Positions 30,552 through 40,901 of a stretch of DNA of 64,000 bases are shown in pieces (within the stretch, counting starts at the first letter, position 1; every line of letters starts with the position of its first letter). Under the pieces are notes generated by a model. It was given only the letters and a program-made list of their open reading frames with translations, ran no database searches and had not been told where the DNA came from. Source of the stretch: an uncultured Gemmatimonadales bacterium (lineage in GTDB: Bacteria > Gemmatimonadota > Gemmatimonadetes > Longimicrobiales > Gaopeijiaceae); assembly GCA_963809895.1 (NCBI GenBank), contig CAWELD010000010.1, positions 1,120,001 to 1,184,000 on the forward strand, given 5' to 3'. Made by a program: the position numbers and the translations under genes.

Positions 30552-32711
30552 TCAGCGATCCGGACGGCCACCTCCGCTGAAGGCTGGCACGAGGCGCGCG
30601 ACCTCGCCGCCGGGGGCCCAGATGACCAGCGCCCGCACCGGACCATCGGACAGGACCCGGTGGATCACCTGGTCGCCGGGTCGCACGATGCCCACGCCGC
30701 CGGGCTCCAGTCGGTGGGACTTCCCGTTGACCTCGTGGTCCAGGACGCCGTCCAGGACGTAGAAGATCTCCGTCGATCCATGGACGTGGCCGCGAGAGGG
30801 GTCGGAGCCCGGGGGGAAGGTGATCTCCGCGAGCTCCACCTCGTCGCCCCCCAGGACGTCGGGCTCCACCCGCACGCGGATTTCCAGACCGCTCGGAGCC
30901 TTCAGGGTGCGGGTGACGCCCGGCGCCGGATCGTACGTGAGCGCCGCGCTCGACGGGTCGGGAGCCATGGCGTTCCCGGTGGTCGCACCCCCCGACGGTC
31001 CCCCTCCTCCCGGAAGGAAGTCCCTGCCCGAGAAGATGAACATGCGTCCGGTGCGTGGACCGGCGGCCACCGAGCTCCAGGCCGAGGTGAGGAGAAGATC
31101 CGGCGTGCCGTCGCCGTCCACGTCGCCTACGCCGGTGGCGTCGAACCCGAAGGTCTCGCCCATGACGTCGGCGGTGACCGAGCCGAGCAGGCTGCCGTCG
31201 CGACCCGAGTAGAGGTAGACCTTGCCCCCGCCGGGGGCGGCCGATGCGTGTTGCCAGGCCCCGATGACCAGGTCCGCGTGTCCGTCGCCGTCCACGTCGC
31301 CGGCGTCGGCGACGCCGATCCCGAAGCCGTCGCCTGCCGCCTCTCCCGTGAGCGTGTAGAGGCGCTCGCCGGTCTTGCCCGAGTGCACGTAGACGCGGCC
31401 CGTGCTGGGGCCCAGGGCGCCGTTGGCCCAATCCGACGCGTAGATGTCGGGGGTGCCGTCGGCGTCCACGTCGCCTACGACGGAGACGAACATGGCGCCC
31501 AGCTGTGCGCCGGTGGCATCGGCCTCGATGGTGAAGGCCGGCGTCTCGGACAGACCGCGGTAGACGTAGGTGCGGCCCCCGTTGCCCGCATTGGGCGCGC
31601 CGATGACGAGAAAGCCGCCACCAGGAGCGTCCGCCCCGGCGCCGGTGCTTCCGAACTGATCACCCGCCGACTCTCCGTGGAGCTCCAGGAGAAGGCTGCC
31701 GTCGGCGCCGGAGAAGACATACGCGGCGCCGGCATCCTGAGCCACGGCGTCGTTCAACGGTGCGCCCACGAACACGTCGTCGTGTCCGTCACCGTCCAGG
31801 TCTCCCACGTCGCTCGTCTTGCGCCCGAACGCCTCGCCGGCCTGGCGTGCCTCGATGCGGTGGATGACCCGTCCGTCCAGTCCCGAGAGAACCAGGGCGT
31901 AGTCGCCGAACGGCGCACCGGCCACGACGTCGGGTGTGCCGTCACCGTCCACGTCGCCGGCGGCCTCGATGCCCAGACCGAGCTGGTCGCCGGGTGAGCC
32001 GTCGGTGGACCACAGCAGCGCACCGGTGGCTGAAGAGAAGACGTATACGCGGCCCGCGCGCCCACCGAAGACCGGGGCCGAGGTCGTGACGTCGTGGATG
32101 CCGTCGCCGTCCACGTCGCCGATGTCCCGTGCGATCCAGCCGAACGAGCTTCCGGTCTCCTCGCCGATCCATTCCCGGATGGGGTGGACGTCTTCCAGGA
32201 ACGGGTGCGCCAGCTCCGCGTCGTCGGGCATGAGGGCCAGGTAGCGGGGATCGTTGCGCAGCGAGGCGGCGTCGGGATCCGCCACCAGCCGGGTCATGTC
32301 CATCTGGTGCGTTTCGAGCGCTTCCTGGAACCAGTGAAAGGCCTCGTCGGGATTGCCCTTGCGAGCGTACGCCGCTCCCAGGTTGTAGAGGGCGGTGGGC
32401 CGCGTCGCCGGGAACTGCGCCGCCTTCTGGTGGGCGGCGATGGCCTGATCCCATTTCTGCTCGGAATGGTAGGCGTATCCGAGAAAGGACCAGGCGCGGG
32501 CGTTGTCGGGCTCCGCCGCCGTGAGGCTGTCCAGCAGCGCCTCGGCGGCGGACCAGTTCTGCGTCGCCAGGAAGCCCCGGGCGCGCTGCAGCGCCGGCGT
32601 GCTCTGGGCCGTGGCGCGGGCGGGCGCGAGCCCCAACAGGAGGGCGGTCGCGAGGGGAACGACGACGCCGGCCAGGCGGCGGGTCGCGGGGATCGGACGT
32701 GGGTGGGTCAT
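30552..32711 (-). CDS. Secreted TPR + FG-GAP repeat propeller + cupin fusion protein
   Basis: Signal peptide; TPR 'AWSFLG..ALYNLG'; six GD(V/L)D(G/A)DG repeats; cupin 'HVH..EIFYVLDG..H'. Confidence 0.8.
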   Translation of the reverse strand: MTHPRPIPATRRLAGVVVPLATALLLGLAPARATAQSTPALQRARGFLATQNWSAAEALLDSLTAAEPDNARAWSFLGYAYHSEQKWDQAIAAHQKAAQFPATRPTALYNLGAAYARKGNPDEAFHWFQEALETHQMDMTRLVADPDAASLRNDPRYLALMPDDAELAHPFLEDVHPIREWIGEETGSSFGWIARDIGDVDGDGIHDVTTSAPVFGGRAGRVYVFSSATGALLWSTDGSPGDQLGLGIEAAGDVDGDGTPDVVAGAPFGDYALVLSGLDGRVIHRIEARQAGEAFGRKTSDVGDLDGDGHDDVFVGAPLNDAVAQDAGAAYVFSGADGSLLLELHGESAGDQFGSTGAGADAPGGGFLVIGAPNAGNGGRTYVYRGLSETPAFTIEADATGAQLGAMFVSVVGDVDADGTPDIYASDWANGALGPSTGRVYVHSGKTGERLYTLTGEAAGDGFGIGVADAGDVDGDGHADLVIGAWQHASAAPGGGKVYLYSGRDGSLLGSVTADVMGETFGFDATGVGDVDGDGTPDLLLTSAWSSVAAGPRTGRMFIFSGRDFLPGGGGPSGGATTGNAMAPDPSSAALTYDPAPGVTRTLKAPSGLEIRVRVEPDVLGGDEVELAEITFPPGSDPSRGHVHGSTEIFYVLDGVLDHEVNGKSHRLEPGGVGIVRPGDQVIHRVLSDGPVRALVIWAPGGEVARLVPAFSGGGRPDR

Positions 32712-32815
32712 GGGCCGGCTCCGGTGACGTACATGGGGGCGGACATGGAATAAACGTCTCAGACCCCGGGGGATTTCGTCTGGCCCGGGATCGGGACCGA
32801 ACCGGGAGAGGGAAC

Positions 32816-33322
32816 ATGTGGCGCAGGGCATCGATGCTGGTGTTGGCGGTGGGGCTGGCGTGTGCGCCGCCGCAGGACGGCATGGCGGGCGGAGAAGCCG
32901 AAACCGGGTCCATGCCCCCGGCCGACGAGTCCCAGCTCATGCAAGCGGACCGGGACTTCGCCGCGGCGGTGGCGGAGGGCGGCGCCGAGGCCTGGGCCGC
33001 ATGGTTCGATCCCCAGGGCGCCATGATCCAGCCCCGGGCCGGCGAGATCTCCGGCATCGCCTCCATCCGGTCCGCCATGGCGGGGTTGGACGAACCCGGC
33101 GTCTCGCTGGAGTGGGAGCCCTACAGCGCCGACATCGCTGCCTCCGGCGACCTGGGCTACACCGTGGGGCGCTACACCTCTCGCGGACCCGGCGAGGGAG
33201 ATGCCGAGGTCGTGAGCCACGGACTCTACGTCACCATCTGGCGTCGCCAGGCGGATGGTAGCTGGAAGGTCGCCATGGACCTGGGGAACCCGGTGGGCGA
33301 GGGCCCCTGGCCCGAGGGCTGA
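32816..33322 (+). CDS. DUF4440/SnoaL-like (NTF2 fold) lipoprotein
   Basis: 'GLAC' lipobox; 'ASGDLGYTVG', 'YVTIWRRQADGSWKVAMD'. Confidence 0.8.
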   Translation: MWRRASMLVLAVGLACAPPQDGMAGGEAETGSMPPADESQLMQADRDFAAAVAEGGAEAWAAWFDPQGAMIQPRAGEISGIASIRSAMAGLDEPGVSLEWEPYSADIAASGDLGYTVGRYTSRGPGEGDAEVVSHGLYVTIWRRQADGSWKVAMDLGNPVGEGPWPEG

Positions 33323-33434
33323 CGTCTCGGCGCGCGCACCCGCCTCTTGACCGCAGGGGTGCTCCGCCTACCCTTCGGGATTCGGGTCGGAGTCCCTCGG
33401 GGGCTCGGCCGAGACTCCCCATGCGCACGAAATC

Positions 33435-34718
33435 ATGACCCCGCTTCTCGAGGAGTTGGCCTGGCGCGGCATGCTCCACGACGCCACCGAGGGCACGGCC
33501 GACCATCTGGCCGGCGCACCCCGTGTGGCCTACATCGGCTTCGATCCCACGGCCTCGTCGCTGCACGTGGGCTCGCTGCTCCAGATCATGGTTCTGGTCC
33601 ACGCTCAGCGTGCGGGACACCATCCCATCGCCCTGGTGGGCGGAGCCACGGGGCTGGTGGGTGACCCCTCCGGAAAGGCGCAGGAGCGGCCCCTCCTCAC
33701 CCGGGAGCAGGTCGAGGAGAACGCCGACGGCATCCACCGTCAGTTGGAGCATTTCCTGGATTTCGAAGCACGCGACAACCCCGCCCGCATGCGCAACAAC
33801 CTGGATTGGCTGGGGCGCACCAACGTGCTGGACTTCCTGCGCGACGTGGGCAAGCACTTCTCGGTCAACGCCATGCTGCGCAAGGAGTCGGTGCGGCGCA
33901 GGATCGAGAGCGAGGAGACGGGCATCAGCTTCACCGAGTTCGCGTACCAGCTCCTGCAGGCCGCGGACTTCCTGCACCTGCACCAGGCCGATGGCTGCAC
34001 GATCCAGATGGGCGGCAGCGATCAGTGGGGCAACATCACGGCCGGGGCCGAGCTCGTCCGCCGGGTCACCGGCGCGCATGCGTACGGGGTCGTGGCGCCC
34101 CTGGTCACCACGTCGGCCGGAACCAAGTTCGGCAAGACGGAGGCGGGCACCGTGTGGCTGGATCCCGCGCGCACCTCGCCCTTCCGTTTCTACCAGTTCT
34201 GGATCAACGCCGACGACCGCGATGCCCTGACCTACCTGCGATACTTCACCCTGCTGTCGACGGACGAAGTGGGGCGTCTCGAGGAAGCCACCGCCGCCGA
34301 GCCCCACAAACGGAGCGCGCAACGCGCCCTGGCCGAGGACGTGACCCGGCGGGTGCACGGAGAGGGCGGTCTTCAGCGGGCGCTCAGGGCGACCGAGGCG
34401 CTCTTCGGCGGATCGCTGGATGGGCTGGGCGCCGACGACATCGCCGACATCTTCAGCGACGTGCCCTCGTCGCGGCTTGCCGGCGAGACGCTGGCAGGTG
34501 AGGGCCTGGACATCCTGGATCTCCTCGTGGAGACGGCGCTCGCCTCGTCACGGGGCGACGCCCGGCGCTCCATCGAAGGCGGGGGGATCTACGTCAACGG
34601 CGAGCGGGTCGAGGACACGCAGGCGCGCGTCACCACCGATCGGGCCGTGGACGGACGATTCCTCGTCCTCCGCAAGGGGAAGAAGCGTTACCACCTGGCG
34701 GAGGTGGTCCGGGGCTGA
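33435..34718 (+). CDS. tyrS: Tyrosine--tRNA ligase
   Basis: 'YIGFDPTASSLHVG', 'QMGGSDQWGN', 'KFGKT', C-terminal S4 domain. Confidence 0.97.
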   Translation: MTPLLEELAWRGMLHDATEGTADHLAGAPRVAYIGFDPTASSLHVGSLLQIMVLVHAQRAGHHPIALVGGATGLVGDPSGKAQERPLLTREQVEENADGIHRQLEHFLDFEARDNPARMRNNLDWLGRTNVLDFLRDVGKHFSVNAMLRKESVRRRIESEETGISFTEFAYQLLQAADFLHLHQADGCTIQMGGSDQWGNITAGAELVRRVTGAHAYGVVAPLVTTSAGTKFGKTEAGTVWLDPARTSPFRFYQFWINADDRDALTYLRYFTLLSTDEVGRLEEATAAEPHKRSAQRALAEDVTRRVHGEGGLQRALRATEALFGGSLDGLGADDIADIFSDVPSSRLAGETLAGEGLDILDLLVETALASSRGDARRSIEGGGIYVNGERVEDTQARVTTDRAVDGRFLVLRKGKKRYHLAEVVRG

Positions 34719-34741
34719 CCCGCCACTCGCTCGCAGACGCA

Positions 34742-34774
34742 AAGGGGCGCCCCCCGATCCGGAGGGCGCCCCTT
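34742..34774. terminator. Hairpin terminator between convergent genes
   Basis: AAGGGGCGCCC...GGGCGCCCCTT inverted repeat. Confidence 0.7.
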
Positions 34775-34797
34775 GGCGTGCACGGTTTGCGCTGGGC

Positions 34798-35808
34798 TCA
34801 GAAGGCCTTACGCCACGAGAGCGTGAAGCCCCAGTCGCCGGCCAACCGGACAGCGTCGAAGTCCTGGTGCACCGGGAACACGAATTCCGCCGAGATCCGG
34901 TGACCCTGCAGGGGGCCCTGCCGCATGTAGACGTTGAGTCCCACGGGAACGTCGACCTCCTCGCCCCCGCTGAAGACCGCGTCCTCACCGGGATCCCGCG
35001 TCGGATCCAGCGCCACGTCCACGCCCTCGATGCTGCCCCACGAGCGGAAGCGGGCGCCGCTGGTCAGGGCGAAGGTGGGATTCAGCATGTACTCGAGCCA
35101 GGCCGCGCCTTCCACCTGGTCTCCCAGGCGATACCCCCGGTCGTTGTCGTTGAGGCGGATACGGCCGAGCAGCTGGGCGCCCACGGTGCCGTGCTCGTTC
35201 TGGATCTGCGCCGTGACCCCGGGAATCACGCTCCACGAGCCCGATCCGGGCTGCATCTCGTAGGGCAGTACCTGGTCCTGGACGTCGAGCAGGTCGCCCC
35301 GCTTGTCGGTGGAGCCCACGGGGACCTCGACGCCGCCGTGGAAATGCACCCGGACCGCGCCCTGCGAGAAGACATCGTACAGCCCCTGCACCTCGATGTC
35401 GGAAATGCCCGACGCCGAGGTGGACACGAAGAACTCCTCGTTGGCGACGCTGCGGCTGTGATCGACCCAGGACGCCGTTCCCAGCAACGTCAGGCGGTCG
35501 GACGCGCCGTACGCCAGCACGAGGTCGTTGACCCGGTCGGTGCGGTCGAACGGTGTCGTGGAGTAGTCCTCGAGGACATCGAGGGGATCCACGGGAAGCG
35601 TGCCGAGCTGCACGGCGTTGAAGGTCATCTTGCGGAACCTGTACGTCACTTCCAGGGCTCCCATGGGCAGGATCCGGTCGCCGGTGACCCCGGCCGAGGC
35701 GACGCCGTCGGGGCGGTCGCTGGTCCAGGTGTATCCGGTGTTGTCCTGCGCGGCAGCTGGCGAGGCCAGCGCGATCAGGGCCGCGACGAGGAGGTATCTT
35801 TGGCGCAT
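34798..35808 (-). CDS. Outer-membrane transporter-like beta-barrel (MetA-pathway 'transporter' family)
   Basis: Signal 'ASPAAAQ'; 'SGISDIEV', 'PVGS..LPYEMQPGSGSW', terminal 'SWRKAF'. Confidence 0.65.
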   Translation of the reverse strand: MRQRYLLVAALIALASPAAAQDNTGYTWTSDRPDGVASAGVTGDRILPMGALEVTYRFRKMTFNAVQLGTLPVDPLDVLEDYSTTPFDRTDRVNDLVLAYGASDRLTLLGTASWVDHSRSVANEEFFVSTSASGISDIEVQGLYDVFSQGAVRVHFHGGVEVPVGSTDKRGDLLDVQDQVLPYEMQPGSGSWSVIPGVTAQIQNEHGTVGAQLLGRIRLNDNDRGYRLGDQVEGAAWLEYMLNPTFALTSGARFRSWGSIEGVDVALDPTRDPGEDAVFSGGEEVDVPVGLNVYMRQGPLQGHRISAEFVFPVHQDFDAVRLAGDWGFTLSWRKAF

Positions 35809-35929
35809 CCCGCTTCCTCCCACGAAAGTGGATGGGTGGCTTGAGCTCGACATGACGAAGGTCCGTGCGACACGGACCCCACCCTTCAAAGATGGGAACG
35901 GCCCTGGACCGAAAACAAGTTTTTCCTGG

Positions 35930-38287
35930 CTAGGGTCCGCGCAGGCCGTCCGGCGCCCGGAGGACCTCGTCGGGAATTCCGAAGGCGTCCACCAGGAAAA
36001 CGGCCTCTTCGGCGACCTCGGCGCAGACCCGGTTGAGCTGGGTCCTGAGAGCACGGGACTTGCCCGGCTCCATGTAGCCCGTCTCGAGATACCAGTCGCG
36101 GTGGCGGTGCACGGTGGCCAGGCCGTGGAGCGTGGCCACGATGCGCAGCGTCTCGGAGAGGCCCGGCGTGGGCGCACGCCGCACCGCGTCGTGGAACGCC
36201 TCCAGCACCAGACGCTCTCCGTGGGCGCAGGCCAGCTCCACCAGGTGATCCTGCACCTCGTTGAGGGCCGCGAACGAATCCATGCCGTCGTCGATACGGG
36301 CCTTCAACCGGCGTGCCACAGACGACAGCAGACGCTGCTCGCGGTATTCCAGAGCCCCGTCGTGGAACTCCGGATCCCGGAGGTGATCCGGGTCGGTGCG
36401 CCGGGTGACCACCGGATTGAGCTCGCTCAGGCGCGTCTCCGCCCGGTCCGCCAGGTAGCGGACCACGTCCCAGATCCGCAGGTCCCCCATCTCCTCGCGG
36501 AAGCGAGCCAGCAGTCCTTTGGCCGCCAGTTGCAGGAGCACCACGTTGGCGCCCTCGAACGTGGTGAAGATGTCGGTGTCCGCCCGGAGCCTTCCCAGGC
36601 GGTTGTCCGCCCGGTAGCCCCGGCCGCCCATGGCCTCCCGACAGGCCTGCAGGGTGTCGGCGCAGTGCCACGAGGCCAGCGCCTTCAGGGCCGCGGCGCG
36701 CACCTCCAGCTCCCGGCTCTCCTGGCTCTGGCGGCCGGTCCGCAGGATCCGGTCGTAGCGCGTCACCAGGTCGCGAACGGCGAAGTGGTAGCCGTAGGTG
36801 GCGGCCAGGGCGGGCAGGAGCAGGCGCTGCTGGGTGCGGTACCGGAGGATCGGGACCTCCCGCGCGCCTTCCGGACCGAACTGGCGGCGGCGCGCCGAGT
36901 AGCGCACGGCGACGGTCAGCCCGGTCTTGGCGGCGCTCACCGAGGCGGCGGCGATGCTGATGCGGCCCGCCACCAGTGTGCCGAGCATGGTGAAGAAGCG
37001 GCGCCCGGCCGAGGGGATCTCGCTCTCGTAGCGGCCGTCGTCGGTGATGCGTCCGAACCGATCGAGGAGATTCGCCCGGGGGACCCTGACCTCGTCGAAC
37101 CAGATGCGTCCGTTGTCCACGCCGTTGAGGCCCACCTTGGGCCCGTCGTCCTCGATGCGGATGCCCTCGAGGGGTACGCCGTCTTCGCTCCGGATCGGCA
37201 CCAGCACGGCGTGGACGCCGTATTCCTCGCCGTCGACCTCGAGCTGGCCGAACACGGTGGCCATGCGCCCGTGCAGCGCCGCGTTGCCGATCCATTCCTT
37301 GCCGGCGCCCTCGTGGGGCGTATGGACGACCAGCTCGTCGACCTCGCCGTCGTAGCGCACGCGGGTCTCGATCTGGCGCACGTTGGAGCCGTGTCCGATC
37401 TCGGTCATGGCGTAGCACCCCGGCAGACGCAGCGCGCCGATGTCCGCCAGGTAGCGGCGATGGTGCCGCTCGGTGCCCAGCTGTTGCACGCTTCCGCCGA
37501 ACAGCCCGAACTGGACGCCGAACTTCACCAGCAACGAGCTGTCGCCGAAGGCCAGGGTCTCGAACACCGCGGTTGCCCGCCCCGGGCTGGCTCCGCCGCC
37601 CACCGACTCCGGATAGGCGAGCACCCCCAGCCCCTGGTCGGCGAGGAAGCGCAGCGCTTCCAGGACCCGGGCACGGTAGGTGGCCCGGTCCAGCTCCGGC
37701 TCGAAAGTGAGCACCGGCTCGCGCAGAAGCTCCAGCACCTGCGAGCGGACGTCGGGCCACGGCTCGGCGAGATAACCCGTCAGGCGTTCCACGTCGAACG
37801 GCGCTTCCACCAGGGGCCGGACCGGCGCCGGCGCAACGTAGTCCTCGTCGGCGCCCAGCAGTCGGCGTACGGCCTCGCGGCCCACGACGCCCAGGGCGGT
37901 CTCGGCCGACACCAGTGCGCCCCGGGCATCCGGGTCACGCCAGGCCCCGACGTCACCGACGGTGCGGGCCAGATCGAGGCCCAGCTCGGTGAGCGAGGCC
38001 GCTTCGGCGGTCTCCGGTGGCGCGAGCTCCCGGATCCACTCCCGCAGCCGGGTGACGGCGGTGGCAGACGGTGGCACGTCGGGATCCAGCCAGGGCATGA
38101 GCGCGGCCCGGTCCTCCTCGTCCAGGGCCGAGTCCTCCAGGAGGAGCTCTCCGAACGCCTGCCGCTCTCCGGGCGTCAGCACCCCGTCGGCCCACGCCGT
38201 GTGCACCAGTGGCAGGAGCGCGAGCAGGCGCGGCCGATCCCGGGGCCATACGTGAGGGGCGGGGTCGGAGTCTGGAGTCGAAGCCAT
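35930..38287 (-). CDS. Acyl-CoA dehydrogenase/oxidase with an N-terminal TerB-like extension
   Basis: '[14 protein letters not shown]', 'KEWIGN', 'GLNGVDNG', '[10 protein letters not shown]', 'TFEGAN'. Confidence 0.88.
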   Translation of the reverse strand: MASTPDSDPAPHVWPRDRPRLLALLPLVHTAWADGVLTPGERQAFGELLLEDSALDEEDRAALMPWLDPDVPPSATAVTRLREWIRELAPPETAEAASLTELGLDLARTVGDVGAWRDPDARGALVSAETALGVVGREAVRRLLGADEDYVAPAPVRPLVEAPFDVERLTGYLAEPWPDVRSQVLELLREPVLTFEPELDRATYRARVLEALRFLADQGLGVLAYPESVGGGASPGRATAVFETLAFGDSSLLVKFGVQFGLFGGSVQQLGTERHHRRYLADIGALRLPGCYAMTEIGHGSNVRQIETRVRYDGEVDELVVHTPHEGAGKEWIGNAALHGRMATVFGQLEVDGEEYGVHAVLVPIRSEDGVPLEGIRIEDDGPKVGLNGVDNGRIWFDEVRVPRANLLDRFGRITDDGRYESEIPSAGRRFFTMLGTLVAGRISIAAASVSAAKTGLTVAVRYSARRRQFGPEGAREVPILRYRTQQRLLLPALAATYGYHFAVRDLVTRYDRILRTGRQSQESRELEVRAAALKALASWHCADTLQACREAMGGRGYRADNRLGRLRADTDIFTTFEGANVVLLQLAAKGLLARFREEMGDLRIWDVVRYLADRAETRLSELNPVVTRRTDPDHLRDPEFHDGALEYREQRLLSSVARRLKARIDDGMDSFAALNEVQDHLVELACAHGERLVLEAFHDAVRRAPTPGLSETLRIVATLHGLATVHRHRDWYLETGYMEPGKSRALRTQLNRVCAEVAEEAVFLVDAFGIPDEVLRAPDGLRGP

Positions 38288-38418
38288 GGAATTCCCGGAC
38301 TAGGTTCACGAAGCAGGATGCCGTACCGGGCCCCGGGGGGGTTCGTTCCCCGGCAGCGGCGGTTCGGCGGCCCGGGCCTCCCTTGACCCACATCGCCGGG
38401 CCACCCATCCTCCGCGGC

Positions 38419-38925
38419 ATGACAGATTCCAAGACGCTGGTCGGCGTGGTCATGGGATCCCGGTCCGATTGGGACACCATGAAGAACGCCGTGGACACGC
38501 TGCAAGCCCTGGCGGTGCCGCACGAGGTGCGGGTGGTCTCCGCCCACCGTACGCCGGACCTCCTCTTCGAGTACGCCGAGACGGCCGAGGAGCGAGGTCT
38601 GGAGGTGATCATCGCCGGCGCCGGCGGCGCGGCGCACCTGCCCGGGATGCTCGCCGCCAAGACGGTGATCCCGGTCCTGGGCGTGCCCGTGCAATCCCGT
38701 GCGCTGCAGGGCCTCGACTCGCTGTTGTCCATCGTGCAGATGCCCGGTGGCGTGCCGGTGGGCACGTTGGCCATCGGGACGGCGGGGGCCGTGAATGCCG
38801 CCCTGTTGGCCGCGCAGATGATCGGCGCCCATCATCCCGAGGTCCGTGAGGCGGTCCGCCGCTACCGGGGGGATCGCACGAAGGCGGTGCTCCAGGATCC
38901 GGATCCCCGCAAGCCGCGGCCATGA
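38419..38925 (+). CDS. purE: N5-CAIR mutase
   Basis: 'MGSRSD', 'SAHRTP', 'AGGAAHLPG', 'SIVQMP'. Confidence 0.97.
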   Translation: MTDSKTLVGVVMGSRSDWDTMKNAVDTLQALAVPHEVRVVSAHRTPDLLFEYAETAEERGLEVIIAGAGGAAHLPGMLAAKTVIPVLGVPVQSRALQGLDSLLSIVQMPGGVPVGTLAIGTAGAVNAALLAAQMIGAHHPEVREAVRRYRGDRTKAVLQDPDPRKPRP

Positions 38926-40028
38926 TCGTCGGCATCATGGGGGGAGGCCAGCTCGGGCGCATGCTGGCCCTGGCCGGGACGCCGCTGGGCCTGCGCTTCC
39001 GCTTCCTGGAGCCCCGTAGCCCGTCGCCGGTGGACGGGCTCGGCGAGGTGGTACGAGGCGCCTACGACGACCTGGACGCGGTGCGACGCTTCGCCGATGG
39101 CGTCGCCGTTGTCACCTACGAGTTCGAGAACGTTCCCGTGGCTTCGGCCAGGGCCCTCGCCGGAGACGTCCCCGTCTTTCCACCGGCCGCCGCGCTGGAG
39201 ATGGCGCAGGATCGGCTCCGTGAGAAGGAGGGCTTCGGTCGGCTGGGAATCCCCACGGCTCCGTACCGGACCGTCGATTCCAGCGAAGAGCTGCGTGAGG
39301 CGGTGGCCGAGGTCGGTCTGCCGGCGGTGCTCAAGACGCGCCGGCTCGGCTACGACGGCAAGGGCCAGGCGGTGCTGCGTGAGCCCGCCGATCTGGAGGC
39401 CGCGTGGGAGCGCCTCGGGGGTCGGCCCCTGATTCTGGAGGGCTTCGTGGACTTCTCCCGGGAGCTGTCCATCGTCGCCGTGCGCGGCAGGGACGGGTCG
39501 GAGGCGTTCTATCCCCTGGTGGAGAACCACCACGACCAGGGTGTGCTCGCCCGGACCATCGCACCTGCGCCGGACCTGACGCCGGCGCTCCAGGAGACGG
39601 CCGAGGGATACGCCCGCGCGCTGCTGGAAGAGCTGGACTACGTGGGGGTCCTGGCGCTGGAGCTCTTCCACGTCGACGGTGAGCTCTGGGGCAACGAGGT
39701 GGCTCCCCGGGTCCACAACTCCGGCCACTGGAGCCAGGACGGTGCGGTCACCAGCCAGTTCGAGAACCACATGCGGGCGGTGGCGGGCTTCCCGCTGGGT
39801 AGCACCGATCCCGTGGGGCGCACCGTGATGGTGAACCTCCTGGGCGCGGCACCGCGGTCGTCGTCGGTCCTGTGCGAGCCCGGCGCGCACCTGCACCTCT
39901 ACGACAAGGCACCGCGGCCGGGGCGCAAGATCGGCCACGTCAACGTGGTGGGCATCGAGGTGGACGACGTCGATGCCACGGTCCGGCGCATCCAGGCGTC
40001 CTTTCCACCGGAGGCCGGTCCGGCTTGA
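38922..40028 (+). CDS. purK: N5-CAIR synthase
   Basis: 'GGGQLGRML', 'TYEFEN', 'GYDGKGQ', 'APRVHNSGH', 'RKIGH'. Confidence 0.96.
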   Translation: MIVGIMGGGQLGRMLALAGTPLGLRFRFLEPRSPSPVDGLGEVVRGAYDDLDAVRRFADGVAVVTYEFENVPVASARALAGDVPVFPPAAALEMAQDRLREKEGFGRLGIPTAPYRTVDSSEELREAVAEVGLPAVLKTRRLGYDGKGQAVLREPADLEAAWERLGGRPLILEGFVDFSRELSIVAVRGRDGSEAFYPLVENHHDQGVLARTIAPAPDLTPALQETAEGYARALLEELDYVGVLALELFHVDGELWGNEVAPRVHNSGHWSQDGAVTSQFENHMRAVAGFPLGSTDPVGRTVMVNLLGAAPRSSSVLCEPGAHLHLYDKAPRPGRKIGHVNVVGIEVDDVDATVRRIQASFPPEAGPA

Positions 40029-40031
40029 GGA

Positions 40032-40901
40032 TCAGGCGGCTCCCGCCGCCACCTCGATGGGTCCCTCCGGTGTGGCGGTGGCGCTCCATCGGGCGAGGAC
40101 CCAGAGCCCCAGGGCCGCCAACCCCGCCAGATCGGCGAACAGGAGGGGCGCGAAAGGCGGCGCGCCGAAGACGAGCCGGTCCAGGAGGGGCGCGGACGAC
40201 GCCCGCGTGAAGGCCGGGAGCGTGTGCAGCACGAAGCCCAACAGACCCGTGGCCACCTGCAGCGCCAGACCACTCCACGCTACCCTCCGGGCCGTATCGT
40301 CCAAAGGCCACACCAGCGCGGGCGCCACCGTGCCCACGCCGATGCCGGCAGCCACCACGGGAATCCACTCGGCGGCGTGGAAGAAGCCGTTCTGGGCGTG
40401 GTCCGCCAGCGACAACCCCAGGTTGCCCGCGATCCCCCCGGCGGCGAGAAAGAGCACCCAGCGCCCCCAGGTCGGGTCGTCCTCCAGCCGGATCCTCCGG
40501 TTCATGAGGAGAAGGAGGCCCAGCCCCACGTAGGCCAGGGGAGCCACGAAGGGGGCGGAGTAGACCAGGGCCTGCAGGGTGACCTGCTGGAAGAACTGGC
40601 CCTCCAGGTGCCAGATGAAGCCGGCGACGCCCACGGCGACCGAGAGCCATCCCACGACCTCGCCCACGAGGCGCGCCCTGCCGAGTCTCGGATCGCGGGC
40701 GAGGACTCCCGGGGCCAGTGCCGCCGCGCCCAACGCCGAGAAGATCAGCGGGATCCACTCGGCGGGATGGGCGAAGTCGTTGGTGGAGTGGGCCAGGAGG
40801 ATGTCCACCACCAGGAAGCCCAGGTTCGAGGCCACGAATCCCTCGAGGAGCCGGGCCGGGGAGATCCAGGGCAGGCGTTCGGCGGCCATGGCCCGGGTCA
40901 C
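40032..40901 (-). CDS. Polytopic membrane protein with a duplicated His motif
   Basis: About 8 TM segments; two repeats HxxNxFxHxAEWIP ... GFxxH ... APxxAPL. Confidence 0.75.
   Translation of the reverse strand: MTRAMAAERLPWISPARLLEGFVASNLGFLVVDILLAHSTNDFAHPAEWIPLIFSALGAAALAPGVLARDPRLGRARLVGEVVGWLSVAVGVAGFIWHLEGQFFQQVTLQALVYSAPFVAPLAYVGLGLLLLMNRRIRLEDDPTWGRWVLFLAAGGIAGNLGLSLADHAQNGFFHAAEWIPVVAAGIGVGTVAPALVWPLDDTARRVAWSGLALQVATGLLGFVLHTLPAFTRASSAPLLDRLVFGAPPFAPLLFADLAGLAALGLWVLARWSATATPEGPIEVAAGAA

Noticed and set aside
31080..32125. Repeated 'ccgtcgccgtccacgtcgcc' DNA as a CRISPR or tandem repeat
   Set aside because: These encode FG-GAP GDVDGDG protein repeats and are spaced irregularly inside a CDS.
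33323..33434. T-box riboswitch upstream of tyrS
   Set aside because: The leader is too short and has no T-box consensus or terminator; only a possible promoter and a GC hairpin are present.
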